In this document: piece after piece, positions 36,859 through 47,159 of the stretch
Numbering within the stretch: the first letter of the stretch is position 1
How the letters are laid out: each line of letters begins with the position of its first letter
IMG/VR virus record: IMGVR_UViG_3300009703_001822
Origin: a virus
DNA: 64,000 nucleotides
Direction: 5' to 3' (one strand)
Program-made: the position numbers and the translations under genes
Notes under the pieces: generated by a model
Seen by the model: the letters and a program-made list of their open reading frames with translations, nothing else
What the model was told of the DNA's origin: nothing
The model's database searches: none

Positions 36859-38406
36859 GTGAAATTTAATATGAAACGGAAGTATGTCGTAATACTAGGC
36901 ATACTTTTTTTATCTTTGATGGCCACGGAAGCAGTAGGAGAAGAGATAGAAGAAATAATAGTAGTAGGAGCTAATGAAACATTTGCTTCATCACAACCAG
37001 AGTATGATAATTCAGTACTAGAAGCGGTAAATGTTTTTAGTGTATATCAGGCTGGGGGACGAGGAGGTTTTGCAGCAGTTTCTAGCAATGGAACAGATGT
37101 AAAACATACAGCAGTTTATAGAAACGGAATACCAGTAAACGATCCAGGAGGTGGTTGGTTTGATTTTGGAACTGAGCTGCCTACCTTCCAAGACTTTACT
37201 ATCATATCAGGATCTAATAGTGTATTGTTCGGCAGTTCAGCAATGGCAGGAACAGTACTTATGGAGGACACATTCTCCCCACACTTTTTTACTAAAGTAG
37301 GCAGTAATAGGTATTTAATATCTGGTGGTAATGAATATGTACAATTATCATCTTACAAAGGTTCCGATGGCTCTGCACGAACAGACAACAATGAGAAAGA
37401 TTGGTTTGAAAATACAACACTAAAAACTAATTACCAGGCAGGTGATTGGAAATTTGTATCTGTATATCAGGATTATACTTATGATTATGACAACTGTTGG
37501 TTTGGAGTTGACGGTAATGATTGTGTACAAGAGGGTGAGAAAGTTGATATGTCAATTAGAAATAGTTGGCTCACAGTAGGCTATGGACAAAATGATATTG
37601 AACATAATACAGGTTGGGAAGCTAAAAGCAAAAGATATTTTGTAGATGCTAATGAAGAAATTTTACCTGGATTAATTGTAGGTGCACAAGCACACAGACA
37701 AGAGTATAATGAATATTGGTATCAGCATTATGCTACCTATGTAAATTATTCTACAGAAAACCATAGCATTGGTTGGAGAGTAGAAAACGACGATCATGTA
37801 ATTAGATATGGTTATGAGAAAGATCAATTTAGATTTTCAGTAGGTAACAGTATTAGAATGCCTAATCTATATGAAAGGTATGGTGATGATTGGGTTGCAG
37901 CTAATCCAGATATAAAAGCAGAAAAGGGTAAAGGTATTACAATAGGATATGGTTTCTTTTCAGCATTTTATTATGACTTCTCAGAAAGTATAGATTTTGA
38001 TATGAACACTTATGGTTATGTCAACTCAGGAGGATATGAATCCAAAGGAATTAGTTTTCAAAGGCATTATCTATATGATGTAGGTGCTTTTCATATATCA
38101 ACTTCATATACTGATACAGATCAAATTAGAGCTGCCAAATACCAAACAAAAGTATCTTGGTTCAGTACAATACAAGGCTGGGACTATCTGATATCATATG
38201 TAGGACAATACGACAGAGGTAATGACTTTGACGGAACACCTATTGATGATGTATCAACCTTTGATTTTAATATAGGATACTATCCAAAGCCAGGATTGCG
38301 TTTTGCAGTCGAGATTAGGGACATTTTGAACAGGAAATTCGAGATTTTACCCTATTATGGCGCTGGTGGAAGGGAAATAAATCTCACCTTACACCTAAGT
38401 TATTGA
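36859..38406 (+). CDS. Compact TonB-dependent receptor (BtuB-like)
   Basis: Signal peptide, EEIIVVG TonB-box-like, NGIPVND and S.LFGS.AMAG plug motifs, R.PNLYE.Y, NPD.KAEK, C-terminal GREINLTLHLSY beta-signal. Confidence 0.8.
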   Translation: MKFNMKRKYVVILGILFLSLMATEAVGEEIEEIIVVGANETFASSQPEYDNSVLEAVNVFSVYQAGGRGGFAAVSSNGTDVKHTAVYRNGIPVNDPGGGWFDFGTELPTFQDFTIISGSNSVLFGSSAMAGTVLMEDTFSPHFFTKVGSNRYLISGGNEYVQLSSYKGSDGSARTDNNEKDWFENTTLKTNYQAGDWKFVSVYQDYTYDYDNCWFGVDGNDCVQEGEKVDMSIRNSWLTVGYGQNDIEHNTGWEAKSKRYFVDANEEILPGLIVGAQAHRQEYNEYWYQHYATYVNYSTENHSIGWRVENDDHVIRYGYEKDQFRFSVGNSIRMPNLYERYGDDWVAANPDIKAEKGKGITIGYGFFSAFYYDFSESIDFDMNTYGYVNSGGYESKGISFQRHYLYDVGAFHISTSYTDTDQIRAAKYQTKVSWFSTIQGWDYLISYVGQYDRGNDFDGTPIDDVSTFDFNIGYYPKPGLRFAVEIRDILNRKFEILPYYGAGGREINLTLHLSY

Positions 38407-38436
38407 AATAAATAATAAAAAGATTTAAAAAAATGC

Positions 38437-38465
38437 TTGACTCTTGGTTCGCCAGAGTGCATAAT
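38437..38465 (+). promoter_or_regulatory. Sigma70-like early promoter (duplicate of 41049)
   Basis: TTGACT-CTTGGTTCGCCAGAGTG-CATAAT with upstream A-tract. Confidence 0.85.
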
Positions 38466-38501
38466 GTATGTATATTAAATAAAAAGTGAGGACTTTATAA
38501 T

Positions 38502-41021
38502 ATGCCAAACCAAATAGAAGTAAAATCAGTATTAGCGAAACTACTAGCGACAGAGGATATTGACATTGTTCATGATGCCAAAGCTCCAACTGCAGCATTT
38601 GATGTAAAGAATCGTAAACTGTATTTACCTGTTTGGAAAAACATGTCTAACTCCATGTACGATTTATTCATCGGACATGAAGTAGGACATGCACATGAAA
38701 CTCCTGAAGAAGGATGGCATGATGCGGTTATTGATAACCCTTCACTAAAAGCATTCTACAATATTATAGAAGACGCTAGGATTGAAAGAAAAGTAAAAGA
38801 AAGATATCCTGGTCTTGTTAAGTCATTCCACAGAGGTTACCAAGAATTATTCGACAAAGACTTTTTTGGTGTTAAGAATAGAGACTTAACTACACTTCCA
38901 TTCGTTGACAGAGTAAACTTACACTTCAAGATTGGACACTTACTAGGTCTTAAATTTACAGAAACAGAACAAACTTTCCTAGACAGAGTTTCTAAAACAG
39001 AAACATGGAACGATGTTAAAGAACTAGCACATGAGTTAGCAGACATTTCCAAGAAAGAAGCTGAGGAAAGAGCAGACGAATTAGAGCCACTCCAACAGAT
39101 GTTAGATGACTTGATGTCAGATATGGATCAAGCAGAATCCGAGACACCTGATTGGAATAACTACATGCCAGATCATATGAAAGAAGATGAGGAGTCAGAA
39201 GATGACGGAGAAGGCGAAGGTGAAGGCGAAGGTGAAGGTGAAGCTCAAGAAGATGACACCAAAGATGAATACGGAAATCCAAAACCAGGAACACCAGGTG
39301 GTGGTCAAGGTGAGGATGAAACAGATGAAGACTACACCGAGCGTAAGCAAAAAGAATGGGACGCAGAACAGAAAAAATGGGAAGAAGATCGTAAGCGTAG
39401 ACAAGCAGAATACGACGCAGAACAAAAAGCTCGTGAACTGTTTGAAGAAGATGTAGCTAAGAACGAAGAAAAGAAATTAGAATTATCAGAAGCTATTGAA
39501 GAAGTTGAAAAGATGCATGGCTTCCTAGACGGCGAAGGCCAAAAGTCAATTACAGATGACGCTTTCAGAGATAACGAAAAGTCACTTGTTGATACAGACG
39601 CTCAAGAAATTGTTTACCTTAAGCAACAGAAGTTGCACAAGGCAAGCGAGTGGATTGTTCCAATGAACGAACTATATAATTGGGACGAGTGCATAGAGAT
39701 ACAAGGACATACAGATGATGGTTACTTCGATTACGATAAGCCAATGCCTAAGGACTTGATGATAGCAGAAGGTAAGAAAATGTATAAAACATTCTTATCC
39801 AACACTCAACCAATCATTAACTCAATGGCACAGACTTTCGAGATGAAGAAGGCAGCACAGGCTAACAAGAAAGCACAGATTGCCAAGACAGGTAAGTTGA
39901 ATGAGGACAGACTTTGGGCTTACCAATTGACTGAAGACTTATTCCAAAAGAACATGATTGTTCCTAACGGTAAGAACCATGGTATCATAATGTATGTTGA
40001 TTTATCAGGTAGCATGAACAGACAGATGCCTGGTACACTAGAACAGATGATGAATATGGCATTGTTCTGCAGAAAGGTTAACATTCCATTTGATGTATAT
40101 GGTTTCTCAAATTGCAGATATGGTGAGAGACATCCTACTCCTTGGAGTGAGAACAAAGACATGAACAGAAGTATCTTAGAGGGTCTTGAAGACGGCGAAA
40201 TGGTAATTACAGATTCTAACTTTGCTCTTGTCCACATGCTAAGCTCTACTTGTAAGAAGTCAGACTTTGATAACGCAATGGCATACTTATTACTAATGAA
40301 GTTAGGTTATGAGAACAGAGGTTACTGGAGTGAAGGATTGTATGGTTACATACAGAACGATTACTTTAGACTAGGTGGTACTCCACTTAACTCAGCTCTT
40401 ATTCTAGCTCCACAGATTGCCAAAGAGTTCCAGAAGACTTACAATGTAGAGAAGTTGACTACGGTATTCCTAACAGACGGTGGCGCTACAGACTCTATTA
40501 CATACAGAGACTCAACCAGAGAACACAGAGCAGTAGCTAGTGTATATGGTGAGCCAATAGCTATTAAGCACCAAGGCAGCACTACACAGCTCCCTAATAA
40601 GAAAGGATACAGCCGTAGAGATGGTGTTACTACATTGACCCTTGTAGAGTTCTACAAGAACATCACAGGCAGTACTCTTATTAACTTCCACATAGTAGAC
40701 GGCAAGCGTGATAACTTCTACAGCGAGTATGTATCCACAGACTGGATGGAAGGCAAAGAGCCAGCTCACTATGTAACAAATGAATTCATGGACGGTACTT
40801 GGAAAGAAGTACTTAAGAACAAATTTACAGTCGTAGAACCAGCATTTGGATACGACGCTAGGTTCCTACTCAAAGGACAAAAGGATCTAGAGATAAAGAA
40901 CGAAGAATTGGAAGTAAAATCCAACAAAAAAGGCGATTTATTGAGAGGATTCAAGAAGTTTTCTAAAGGAAAAAGCACTTCTAGAACTTTCCTTAATCAA
41001 ATCATAGAGTTAGTAGCATAA
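38502..41021 (+). CDS. Metallopeptidase-like / vWA (CobT-like) partner of a MoxR ATPase
   Basis: HEVGH, NIIED.RIE, acidic linker, MIDAS DLSGSM, GGTP, LTDG. Confidence 0.85.
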   Translation: MPNQIEVKSVLAKLLATEDIDIVHDAKAPTAAFDVKNRKLYLPVWKNMSNSMYDLFIGHEVGHAHETPEEGWHDAVIDNPSLKAFYNIIEDARIERKVKERYPGLVKSFHRGYQELFDKDFFGVKNRDLTTLPFVDRVNLHFKIGHLLGLKFTETEQTFLDRVSKTETWNDVKELAHELADISKKEAEERADELEPLQQMLDDLMSDMDQAESETPDWNNYMPDHMKEDEESEDDGEGEGEGEGEGEAQEDDTKDEYGNPKPGTPGGGQGEDETDEDYTERKQKEWDAEQKKWEEDRKRRQAEYDAEQKARELFEEDVAKNEEKKLELSEAIEEVEKMHGFLDGEGQKSITDDAFRDNEKSLVDTDAQEIVYLKQQKLHKASEWIVPMNELYNWDECIEIQGHTDDGYFDYDKPMPKDLMIAEGKKMYKTFLSNTQPIINSMAQTFEMKKAAQANKKAQIAKTGKLNEDRLWAYQLTEDLFQKNMIVPNGKNHGIIMYVDLSGSMNRQMPGTLEQMMNMALFCRKVNIPFDVYGFSNCRYGERHPTPWSENKDMNRSILEGLEDGEMVITDSNFALVHMLSSTCKKSDFDNAMAYLLLMKLGYENRGYWSEGLYGYIQNDYFRLGGTPLNSALILAPQIAKEFQKTYNVEKLTTVFLTDGGATDSITYRDSTREHRAVASVYGEPIAIKHQGSTTQLPNKKGYSRRDGVTTLTLVEFYKNITGSTLINFHIVDGKRDNFYSEYVSTDWMEGKEPAHYVTNEFMDGTWKEVLKNKFTVVEPAFGYDARFLLKGQKDLEIKNEELEVKSNKKGDLLRGFKKFSKGKSTSRTFLNQIIELVA
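39209..39243 (+). repeat. GAAGGY hexamer tandem repeat (EG)n
   Basis: gaaggcgaaggtgaaggcgaaggtgaaggtgaa in the acidic linker. Confidence 0.7.
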
Positions 41022-41048
41022 AAATGTTGAAATCTTTTGAAAAAATGC

Positions 41049-41077
41049 TTGACTCTTGGTTCGCCAGAGTGCATAAT
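41049..41077 (+). promoter_or_regulatory. Sigma70-like early promoter (duplicate of 38437)
   Basis: Identical TTGACT-CTTGGTTCGCCAGAGTG-CATAAT. Confidence 0.85.
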
Positions 41078-41114
41078 AACGGTATATTAAATAATAAAAG
41101 TGAGGACTTATAAT

Positions 41115-42299
41115 ATGAAAGCAATTGATAGAGAAAACTTAATCCAGGCGTTACAGTCACAGGACAACGGCACTGGAGTTTTTACCCGTAAACAAATCAT
41201 TGAAACTGCCAAGTCAATTGGCTTAGGTTTCCCAGCTTGGTTGGTTAACGGAAAACCAGAAGTCAAAGTAGACAGAGGTGTCTATAACCTGACTTCAATG
41301 TTTGGAGGCCAAGTGGCTAACGCACAACCAATTGAACCAGCAACACAGCAGGTTCCATTGGCGGTTGTTGAAACACAACCTAGAGAATTGGTACAGGCAC
41401 AACTAAGAGTTGATGTCGAGAATCTAGTTCCTGAGAAGGACGCTACATTCGTTCCATTTGGCTTTTACAAAGACTTGAAAAAAGTTTTAAGCTCAAGTAT
41501 GTTTTACCCAATATTCATTTCAGGCTTATCAGGTAATGGTAAGACCACAATGGTAGAACAGGTTTGTGCTAATCTTAAGCGTGAAGCTATAAGAGTAAAT
41601 ATTAGTATTGAAACTGATGAGGATGATTTAATCGGTGGCAATACATTAGTTGACGGTAATGTCGTCTACAGAGAAGGGCCCGTCCTCACCGCGATGAAGC
41701 GGGGCGCTGTTCTCATACTTGATGAAGTGGATAGGGGTTCGAACAAGTTGATGTGCTTACAAGCCATCCTTGAGGGGAAGCCTTACTTCAACAAGAAGAC
41801 TGGCGAAACCGTAACTCCTGCTCCTGGATTTAACTTAGTAGCAACAGCTAACACTAAGGGTCGAGGATCAGATGATGGCAAATTTATTTCAGCCAACATA
41901 CTCGACGAGGCATTCCTAGAAAGGTTTGCAATCACAGTTGAGCAGGAGTACCCTACATTAGCTACCGAGAAAAAGATAGTGATCAAGAAGATGGAAAAGG
42001 TCAATAACATTGACGAAGACTTCGCGACACACCTTGTTACTTGGAGTGATGTTATTCGTAAAACTTATTACGAGGGTGCAATCGACGAACTTATTTCAAC
42101 AAGAAGGTTGGAGCATATTGTAAATGCGTTTGCCGTGTTTGGTGACAAGCAAAAGGCAGTTCAACTTTGTGTTAATAGGTTCGACGAAGACACAAAAGAG
42201 GCATTCATAGACTTGTATGCCAAAGTTGATCCTAGTGTAGAACTAGCAGAGTCAACTGAAGAAACTGAACAGGAGATACACGAAGATGGCGAAAGCTAA
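41115..42299 (+). CDS. MoxR/CobS-like AAA+ ATPase
   Basis: GLSGNGKT, DEDDLIGG, LDEVD, ATANTKG.G, AFLERF; ATG at 41115 after GAGG RBS. Confidence 0.9.
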   Translation: MKAIDRENLIQALQSQDNGTGVFTRKQIIETAKSIGLGFPAWLVNGKPEVKVDRGVYNLTSMFGGQVANAQPIEPATQQVPLAVVETQPRELVQAQLRVDVENLVPEKDATFVPFGFYKDLKKVLSSSMFYPIFISGLSGNGKTTMVEQVCANLKREAIRVNISIETDEDDLIGGNTLVDGNVVYREGPVLTAMKRGAVLILDEVDRGSNKLMCLQAILEGKPYFNKKTGETVTPAPGFNLVATANTKGRGSDDGKFISANILDEAFLERFAITVEQEYPTLATEKKIVIKKMEKVNNIDEDFATHLVTWSDVIRKTYYEGAIDELISTRRLEHIVNAFAVFGDKQKAVQLCVNRFDEDTKEAFIDLYAKVDPSVELAESTEETEQEIHEDGES

Positions 42300-42594
42300 A
42301 AGTCCTCAGTATAAGTTCAACGAAGGAGCTCTCATAGAAGAGCTCCGTCGTTATATCGACGCCACTTATACAGGACATTATAGTCGAAACAATTTCCAAT
42401 CCACAGAATTCATTAGTGATTGTGGCCACGGTATAGGATTTGCAATAGGCAATATTCTAAAGTATGCACAACGATATGGTAGGAAGGGCAATCCTGAGGA
42501 CCATAGAAAGGACCTACAAAAGGTTTTGCATTATGCCATTATTGCACTTAATGAACACGACAAGAGTACTACAAAGCACTATCTAGAAGACTAA
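42286..42594 (+). CDS. DUF3310-like conserved phage protein
   Basis: TY..HY, GF.IGNILKY..RYG.K, DL.K..HY. Confidence 0.7.
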   Translation: MAKAKSPQYKFNEGALIEELRRYIDATYTGHYSRNNFQSTEFISDCGHGIGFAIGNILKYAQRYGRKGNPEDHRKDLQKVLHYAIIALNEHDKSTTKHYLED

Positions 42595-42605
42595 TAAATA
42601 CTGGT

Positions 42606-44162
42606 ATGAGAGGAATCATACTAGGATGTCTACAAGCAAATCCAGGCTGGCAAGGACCACTAGGTCTAATGAACCCAGACTGGATTAACCTTAAAAGATC
42701 AGGAGGCGCACACAAGATTGCAACCTACATGCGTAGCGAAGGATGGGATATTGAAGTCCTGGATTATTGGCTGGCGTTTACTGATGAAGAGTTCAAAGAA
42801 TTTTGCCGTTCAAGAATAACAAATGATACAAAGTTCATAGGTGTTAGTGTAACCTTTGGATATAAAGGAAACATTCTTAAAAGAGCACAAGATAATCTTA
42901 CATGGTTAAAACAAACCTATCCAGATATCATGATCGTTGCAGGATCAAAAGCACTGGTTGATACTATGGCCTTACCATGTGATTATTACATAACAGGTTA
43001 TGGAGAGTTTGGTTTAATAAAACTCTTACAGGGAGAGGCAAAAGTAATAGAGTGTATGGGTAAACAGGTTGTATTATCAGACACATATCACCCTTGTTTC
43101 CCTAGTAAGGACCTTGTAGTAAACTATGAGGACAGAGACTTTATACAACCCTCAGACAACCTCACATTAGAACTCTCCCGTGGGTGTAAGTTTAAATGTA
43201 AGTTCTGTTCATACAATGCAATAGGTATGAGAGGAGACTTAACTAGGGACATGAGTACATTACATGGAGAGATGTTAGAAAATTATGAGAGATGGGGTGT
43301 AACGAGTTATCATGTAGCAGACGAAACAACAAATGATAATCAGGAAAAAATAAAACTAGCAGGACAGGAGATACAAAGATTACCTTTCATGCCTAATCTT
43401 ACAGGTTTTGTTAGAGCAGATTTAATTGCAAGAAGGCCAGAGGATAAAGTTTATTTAGCTGAGATGGGATTCTGGGCTCACTACTATGGCATAGAAACTT
43501 TTAATCAAGATGCAGGAAGAGTAGTAGGTAAAGGTATAAATCCTGAAGAACTAAAAGCAGGATTATTAGAAGTAAAAGATTATTTTAAAAAGCATTGCGG
43601 TAGATACAGATCAACGGCAAGTTTAATATTAGGATTGCCATATGAAACAACAGAGAGCCTCTATGATGGTTTAACCTGGTACAGAAGTAATATGCCTGAG
43701 GAGAACTTAATACTTCAACCATTGTTTATTAATAAACATGTTGATCCTAACTTAGGAACATCATCAGAGTTTGCAAGGACATGGAGAGAAGGTAAACACT
43801 TTCATTCCGAAGCTCCCAGAGAAGAATTTACACAAGAAGAATTAGATTTATTTGACGGCAACCCTTTAACATTACAATATTTAAAAAGATTACATGACGG
43901 TCCTCATTGGGTAAACTGGAGTCATGATACATTTACTTGGAAGTCAGCAATATTAGAGTTAGGCAAATTTATATTAAAAGATGGGTATAACTATAACAAT
44001 AATAGAATAATGACATGGGATTTATTTAACTTTGTGACGCCTGGAACATATAATTGGGACAATGTTTTGGACCTTACGATTGTTAATTATGATTGGAAAA
44101 AACTAGCATCTGATACAGATGAATACCTCCAAAATTACAAAAATTCCAAATTGGGCTTATAA
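42606..44162 (+). CDS. B12-binding-type radical SAM enzyme
   Basis: N-terminal Rossmann-like domain (IGVSV, GYGE), SRGCKFKCKFC, DET.N, GIET, ILGLP.ET. Confidence 0.8.
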   Translation: MRGIILGCLQANPGWQGPLGLMNPDWINLKRSGGAHKIATYMRSEGWDIEVLDYWLAFTDEEFKEFCRSRITNDTKFIGVSVTFGYKGNILKRAQDNLTWLKQTYPDIMIVAGSKALVDTMALPCDYYITGYGEFGLIKLLQGEAKVIECMGKQVVLSDTYHPCFPSKDLVVNYEDRDFIQPSDNLTLELSRGCKFKCKFCSYNAIGMRGDLTRDMSTLHGEMLENYERWGVTSYHVADETTNDNQEKIKLAGQEIQRLPFMPNLTGFVRADLIARRPEDKVYLAEMGFWAHYYGIETFNQDAGRVVGKGINPEELKAGLLEVKDYFKKHCGRYRSTASLILGLPYETTESLYDGLTWYRSNMPEENLILQPLFINKHVDPNLGTSSEFARTWREGKHFHSEAPREEFTQEELDLFDGNPLTLQYLKRLHDGPHWVNWSHDTFTWKSAILELGKFILKDGYNYNNNRIMTWDLFNFVTPGTYNWDNVLDLTIVNYDWKKLASDTDEYLQNYKNSKLGL

Positions 44163-44174
44163 ATAATATAAATA
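44158..44174 (+). promoter_or_regulatory. Two T4 late promoters
   Basis: TATAAATA at 44158 and 44167. Confidence 0.7.
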
Positions 44175-44197
44175 GTAAACAAGATTGGAGAACAATA

Positions 44198-44524
44198 ATG
44201 GCATATACAGTAACATGGACACTTACTAGACCTGACGAGTCAACAACTATCCCTACGATAGATAGTGTTTCTGGTACCAACAAAGCAGCTAGTGATAATA
44301 TACTAGCTAGTCATGGTGTGTCTAAGACTTATCAAGTCGACGGGTTAACAACTAGAGTAATTTATGAGGCAGCAGATAAGGCAACTTACGATACCGCTAA
44401 AGCAGAAGTAGATGCTATTTCTGATGAAGCTACAGTTAAATCACAACTAAAGACTCAAATGGAAGCAGCAGGTATAGCTCTTTCGGTTGTGGATTCTGAT
44501 GGTACTAACATAGCAAGTTTCTAA
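44198..44524 (+). CDS. Hypothetical late protein
   Basis: GGAG RBS; structural-gene-like composition. Confidence 0.55.
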   Translation: MAYTVTWTLTRPDESTTIPTIDSVSGTNKAASDNILASHGVSKTYQVDGLTTRVIYEAADKATYDTAKAEVDAISDEATVKSQLKTQMEAAGIALSVVDSDGTNIASF

Positions 44525-44541
44525 AACAACAGGTTTATATT

Positions 44542-45300
44542 ATGAATTTTGGTGAGAGAATAACTTACGAACTAGACAATCATGTCGCCGTTTTAACGAT
44601 AAATGGCGTCGGTCCACTCAACTTAATAGACAGACCTTTTTATCAAGGTTACAACGACGCCCTAGTAGAATTCAGAGAAGATGATTCTAGAGTTCTACTT
44701 ATCAAGTCAGGAAATAAACATCACTTTACAGCAGGTTTTGAAGTAGACACAATTATTGATGCTTTGAAAACAGGATACGGCAATACAATTACAGACAATG
44801 ATATGGTTACATCTAAACCTATTGTATCAGCAGTCAAAGGTTTTTGTATTGGAGAAGGTGTAGGTGTAATGTTAGCAAGTGATTTTGTATTCGCAGATAA
44901 AACATTAAAAATATCTTGTCCTGAAACTAAATTAGGTTTCAATGCAGTTACAATGCAGGTTAAATTCGCTCAAAGAATTGGACACAATAGAACAATGGAA
45001 TTTATGATGGGAGACTTACATGGTGCTGATTGGTTAGATAAAGTAGGATTATGTACAAAGATATGTGATGGAGATGCTGACGAACAAGCATTAGCATATG
45101 CACATAAGATTGCTAATAACAATGCACCAATTGCAGTTAGAGGAACAAAAGGTGCCATATGGCATACAGTAAACTCTCATAAGGACGAAGCAATAGACTT
45201 TGCCTTGTGGGCAAAGGACATGACACTAGACTCTAAGGATATAGAGGAAGGCGTTGCAGCATTTTTAGAAAAAAGATCGCCTGATTTTAAAGATGAATGA
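44542..45300 (+). CDS. Crotonase / enoyl-CoA hydratase-family protein
   Basis: VAVLTIN, FTAG, KPIVSAVKG.CIG.G, PETKLG, D.EEGVAAFLEKR.PDF. Confidence 0.88.
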   Translation: MNFGERITYELDNHVAVLTINGVGPLNLIDRPFYQGYNDALVEFREDDSRVLLIKSGNKHHFTAGFEVDTIIDALKTGYGNTITDNDMVTSKPIVSAVKGFCIGEGVGVMLASDFVFADKTLKISCPETKLGFNAVTMQVKFAQRIGHNRTMEFMMGDLHGADWLDKVGLCTKICDGDADEQALAYAHKIANNNAPIAVRGTKGAIWHTVNSHKDEAIDFALWAKDMTLDSKDIEEGVAAFLEKRSPDFKDE

Positions 45301-46240
45301 ACAAGATAAAAGTATAAACAGATTAAAATATCAAAAAGGTGTTGTTTCTTATGAAGGTAAATCAGGCGTGCCTTACAAATGGATGATGCATGAGAACAAA
45401 GGCTGGTTTGAAAACGCAAAAAGAATACAAGGTGATGATTGGTATTGGGGATCTGATAAATCGCCTGAAATAACCTATGTATTAGATGATTTAGGTTTTA
45501 GAAATGATAGGAACATAGAAGAAGTAAGTAAAAATCCTAATTGGTGGTTAATAGATGGAGCATGTCCTTGTTTAGGGCCTGGAATAGATAAAGCTCGTAC
45601 TACACCTGCATTGATAGAACAATATACAGACATAAAGGTTTACGATATAAGTTTATTTGGTGTAAGGCCTGAATTTCAAATAGGTAATTTATTAGAATTA
45701 TCTAAAAGATGGATTAATCCTCCTAAAAGAGTATTATTACTTCTTCCTGAAAATCCTACAGGCACTTTCCAATTGACAGACGACGACAAAATAATGAATA
45801 TAGATTATGCAGGTGCAACATTAAGAAATACACCTGAATTTAATTTTTTTAAAGACTTCGAGGAACAGAAAATATCAGAAGGACAACATAGGTATTTTAT
45901 AAAAACCACCATAAAATTATGTGAAGTTTTGAACTTACCTTTAACATGGCTTTTTGTAGGTAAAGTAGCAGATCATTCTCCTGTACATTATATGGAGAAT
46001 CAGGATATTTTATATCATGAACATGCTTCTATTATGCACTCAAATAGCAAAGATACTTATGAAGATAGAATAATGAAGATTAAAAAAGGTGCTGTTCCTC
46101 CTATGAGAAATGGTGTGAAAGCATCTGGTGTGGATATAGACGATGTGGGTAGAGATTTATTTCACCCAGGATTAAAACCACACAAACTTTTTGCTCAAAA
46201 AATATGCAATCATTTTTTAGAGACGAAAAGAAACTTTTAA
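45293..46240 (+). CDS. SGNH-like hypothetical protein
   Basis: Y..D.LGFR, G.C...G.G, C-terminal RD..HPG...H. Confidence 0.5.
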   Translation: MNEQDKSINRLKYQKGVVSYEGKSGVPYKWMMHENKGWFENAKRIQGDDWYWGSDKSPEITYVLDDLGFRNDRNIEEVSKNPNWWLIDGACPCLGPGIDKARTTPALIEQYTDIKVYDISLFGVRPEFQIGNLLELSKRWINPPKRVLLLLPENPTGTFQLTDDDKIMNIDYAGATLRNTPEFNFFKDFEEQKISEGQHRYFIKTTIKLCEVLNLPLTWLFVGKVADHSPVHYMENQDILYHEHASIMHSNSKDTYEDRIMKIKKGAVPPMRNGVKASGVDIDDVGRDLFHPGLKPHKLFAQKICNHFLETKRNF

Positions 46241-46256
46241 ATGGTCCTATAGACCA

Positions 46257-46285
46257 TTGACTTTTAGTATGAAATCACCTATAAT
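46257..46285 (+). promoter_or_regulatory. Sigma70-like promoter for gp45
   Basis: TTGACT-17nt-TATAAT. Confidence 0.75.
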
Positions 46286-46310
46286 GTATAGGTAAATTTG
46301 GAGATATATT

Positions 46311-46967
46311 ATGAAATTAAGCAAACAAGCTCTTGATGTACTCAAGAACTTCGCAACAATTAACACGAACATTCTAGTTCGTGAGGGTAATACACTTTCT
46401 ACAATTAGCACAGGTAAAAATATATTTGCTCGTGCTGAGATAACGGAAGCGTTCCCTAAAGAATTTGCAGTCTATGATTTAAATAGCCTGCTTTCCCTAC
46501 TTACTGTGATGGAAGATACTGATATTGACTTTGGAGATGAGAGTCTTACAGTTAGCAAAGGTAATGCTAAGTTTGAATACTTTTATGCAGATCCTAATAT
46601 TATTGTTAGTGCCCCTGATAAAAGTATTGAAGTAGATAACTTCTTTCAGTTTGACTTATCCAAAGATGACATTGACATGATCCTTAAGGCAGCAGCTATT
46701 ACAGCAGCGCCTATGTTAAGCGTGATTGGTGATGGATCTGAGGTAGTTATTACAGTAGGTGACCCTGCTACACCTAAGTCTAATTCCTTTAGACAAGTTA
46801 TAGGCACAACAGACAAAACATTCGATGCTAGACTAGCGGTAGAAAACTTTAAGGTTGTTCCTGAGGGTTATACAGTTATCCTATCCCAGAAGAAGTTTAT
46901 GTTCCTGGAGAGTAGCAAAGGTGACTTAAAGTATTGGTTGGCGCTTGAGCGTTCTTCCACAATATAG
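46311..46967 (+). CDS. gp45: Sliding clamp gp45
   Basis: MKLS......LKNFATIN, FAVYDLN, YWLALE. Confidence 0.93.
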   Translation: MKLSKQALDVLKNFATINTNILVREGNTLSTISTGKNIFARAEITEAFPKEFAVYDLNSLLSLLTVMEDTDIDFGDESLTVSKGNAKFEYFYADPNIIVSAPDKSIEVDNFFQFDLSKDDIDMILKAAAITAAPMLSVIGDGSEVVITVGDPATPKSNSFRQVIGTTDKTFDARLAVENFKVVPEGYTVILSQKKFMFLESSKGDLKYWLALERSSTI

Positions 46968-46976
46968 GAGACTGGC

Positions 46977-47159
46977 ATGAATGAAGATATGTTAGAAGTC
47001 ACAATCCGTGAGGCAACCAATGGATGGATTGTTGAACTTAATAAGGAAGGGGAGACGGTAGAGTATATATTTACACGACCTAACCCTGCAATTAATTTGG
47101 TTAGAAAAGTAATGAAAGGGGAACTAGATCCTTTCAATTTGGAGGAAGATAATGGCTAG
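46977..47159 (+). CDS. Small hypothetical protein
   Basis: AGGAG RBS; I.EATNGWIV motif. Confidence 0.55.
   Translation: MNEDMLEVTIREATNGWIVELNKEGETVEYIFTRPNPAINLVRKVMKGELDPFNLEEDNG

Noticed and set aside
38502-42299. Cobalamin biosynthesis (cobT/cobS)
   Set aside because: No cobN or other cob genes are in the window; this is the generic MoxR/vWA pair common in T4-like phages.
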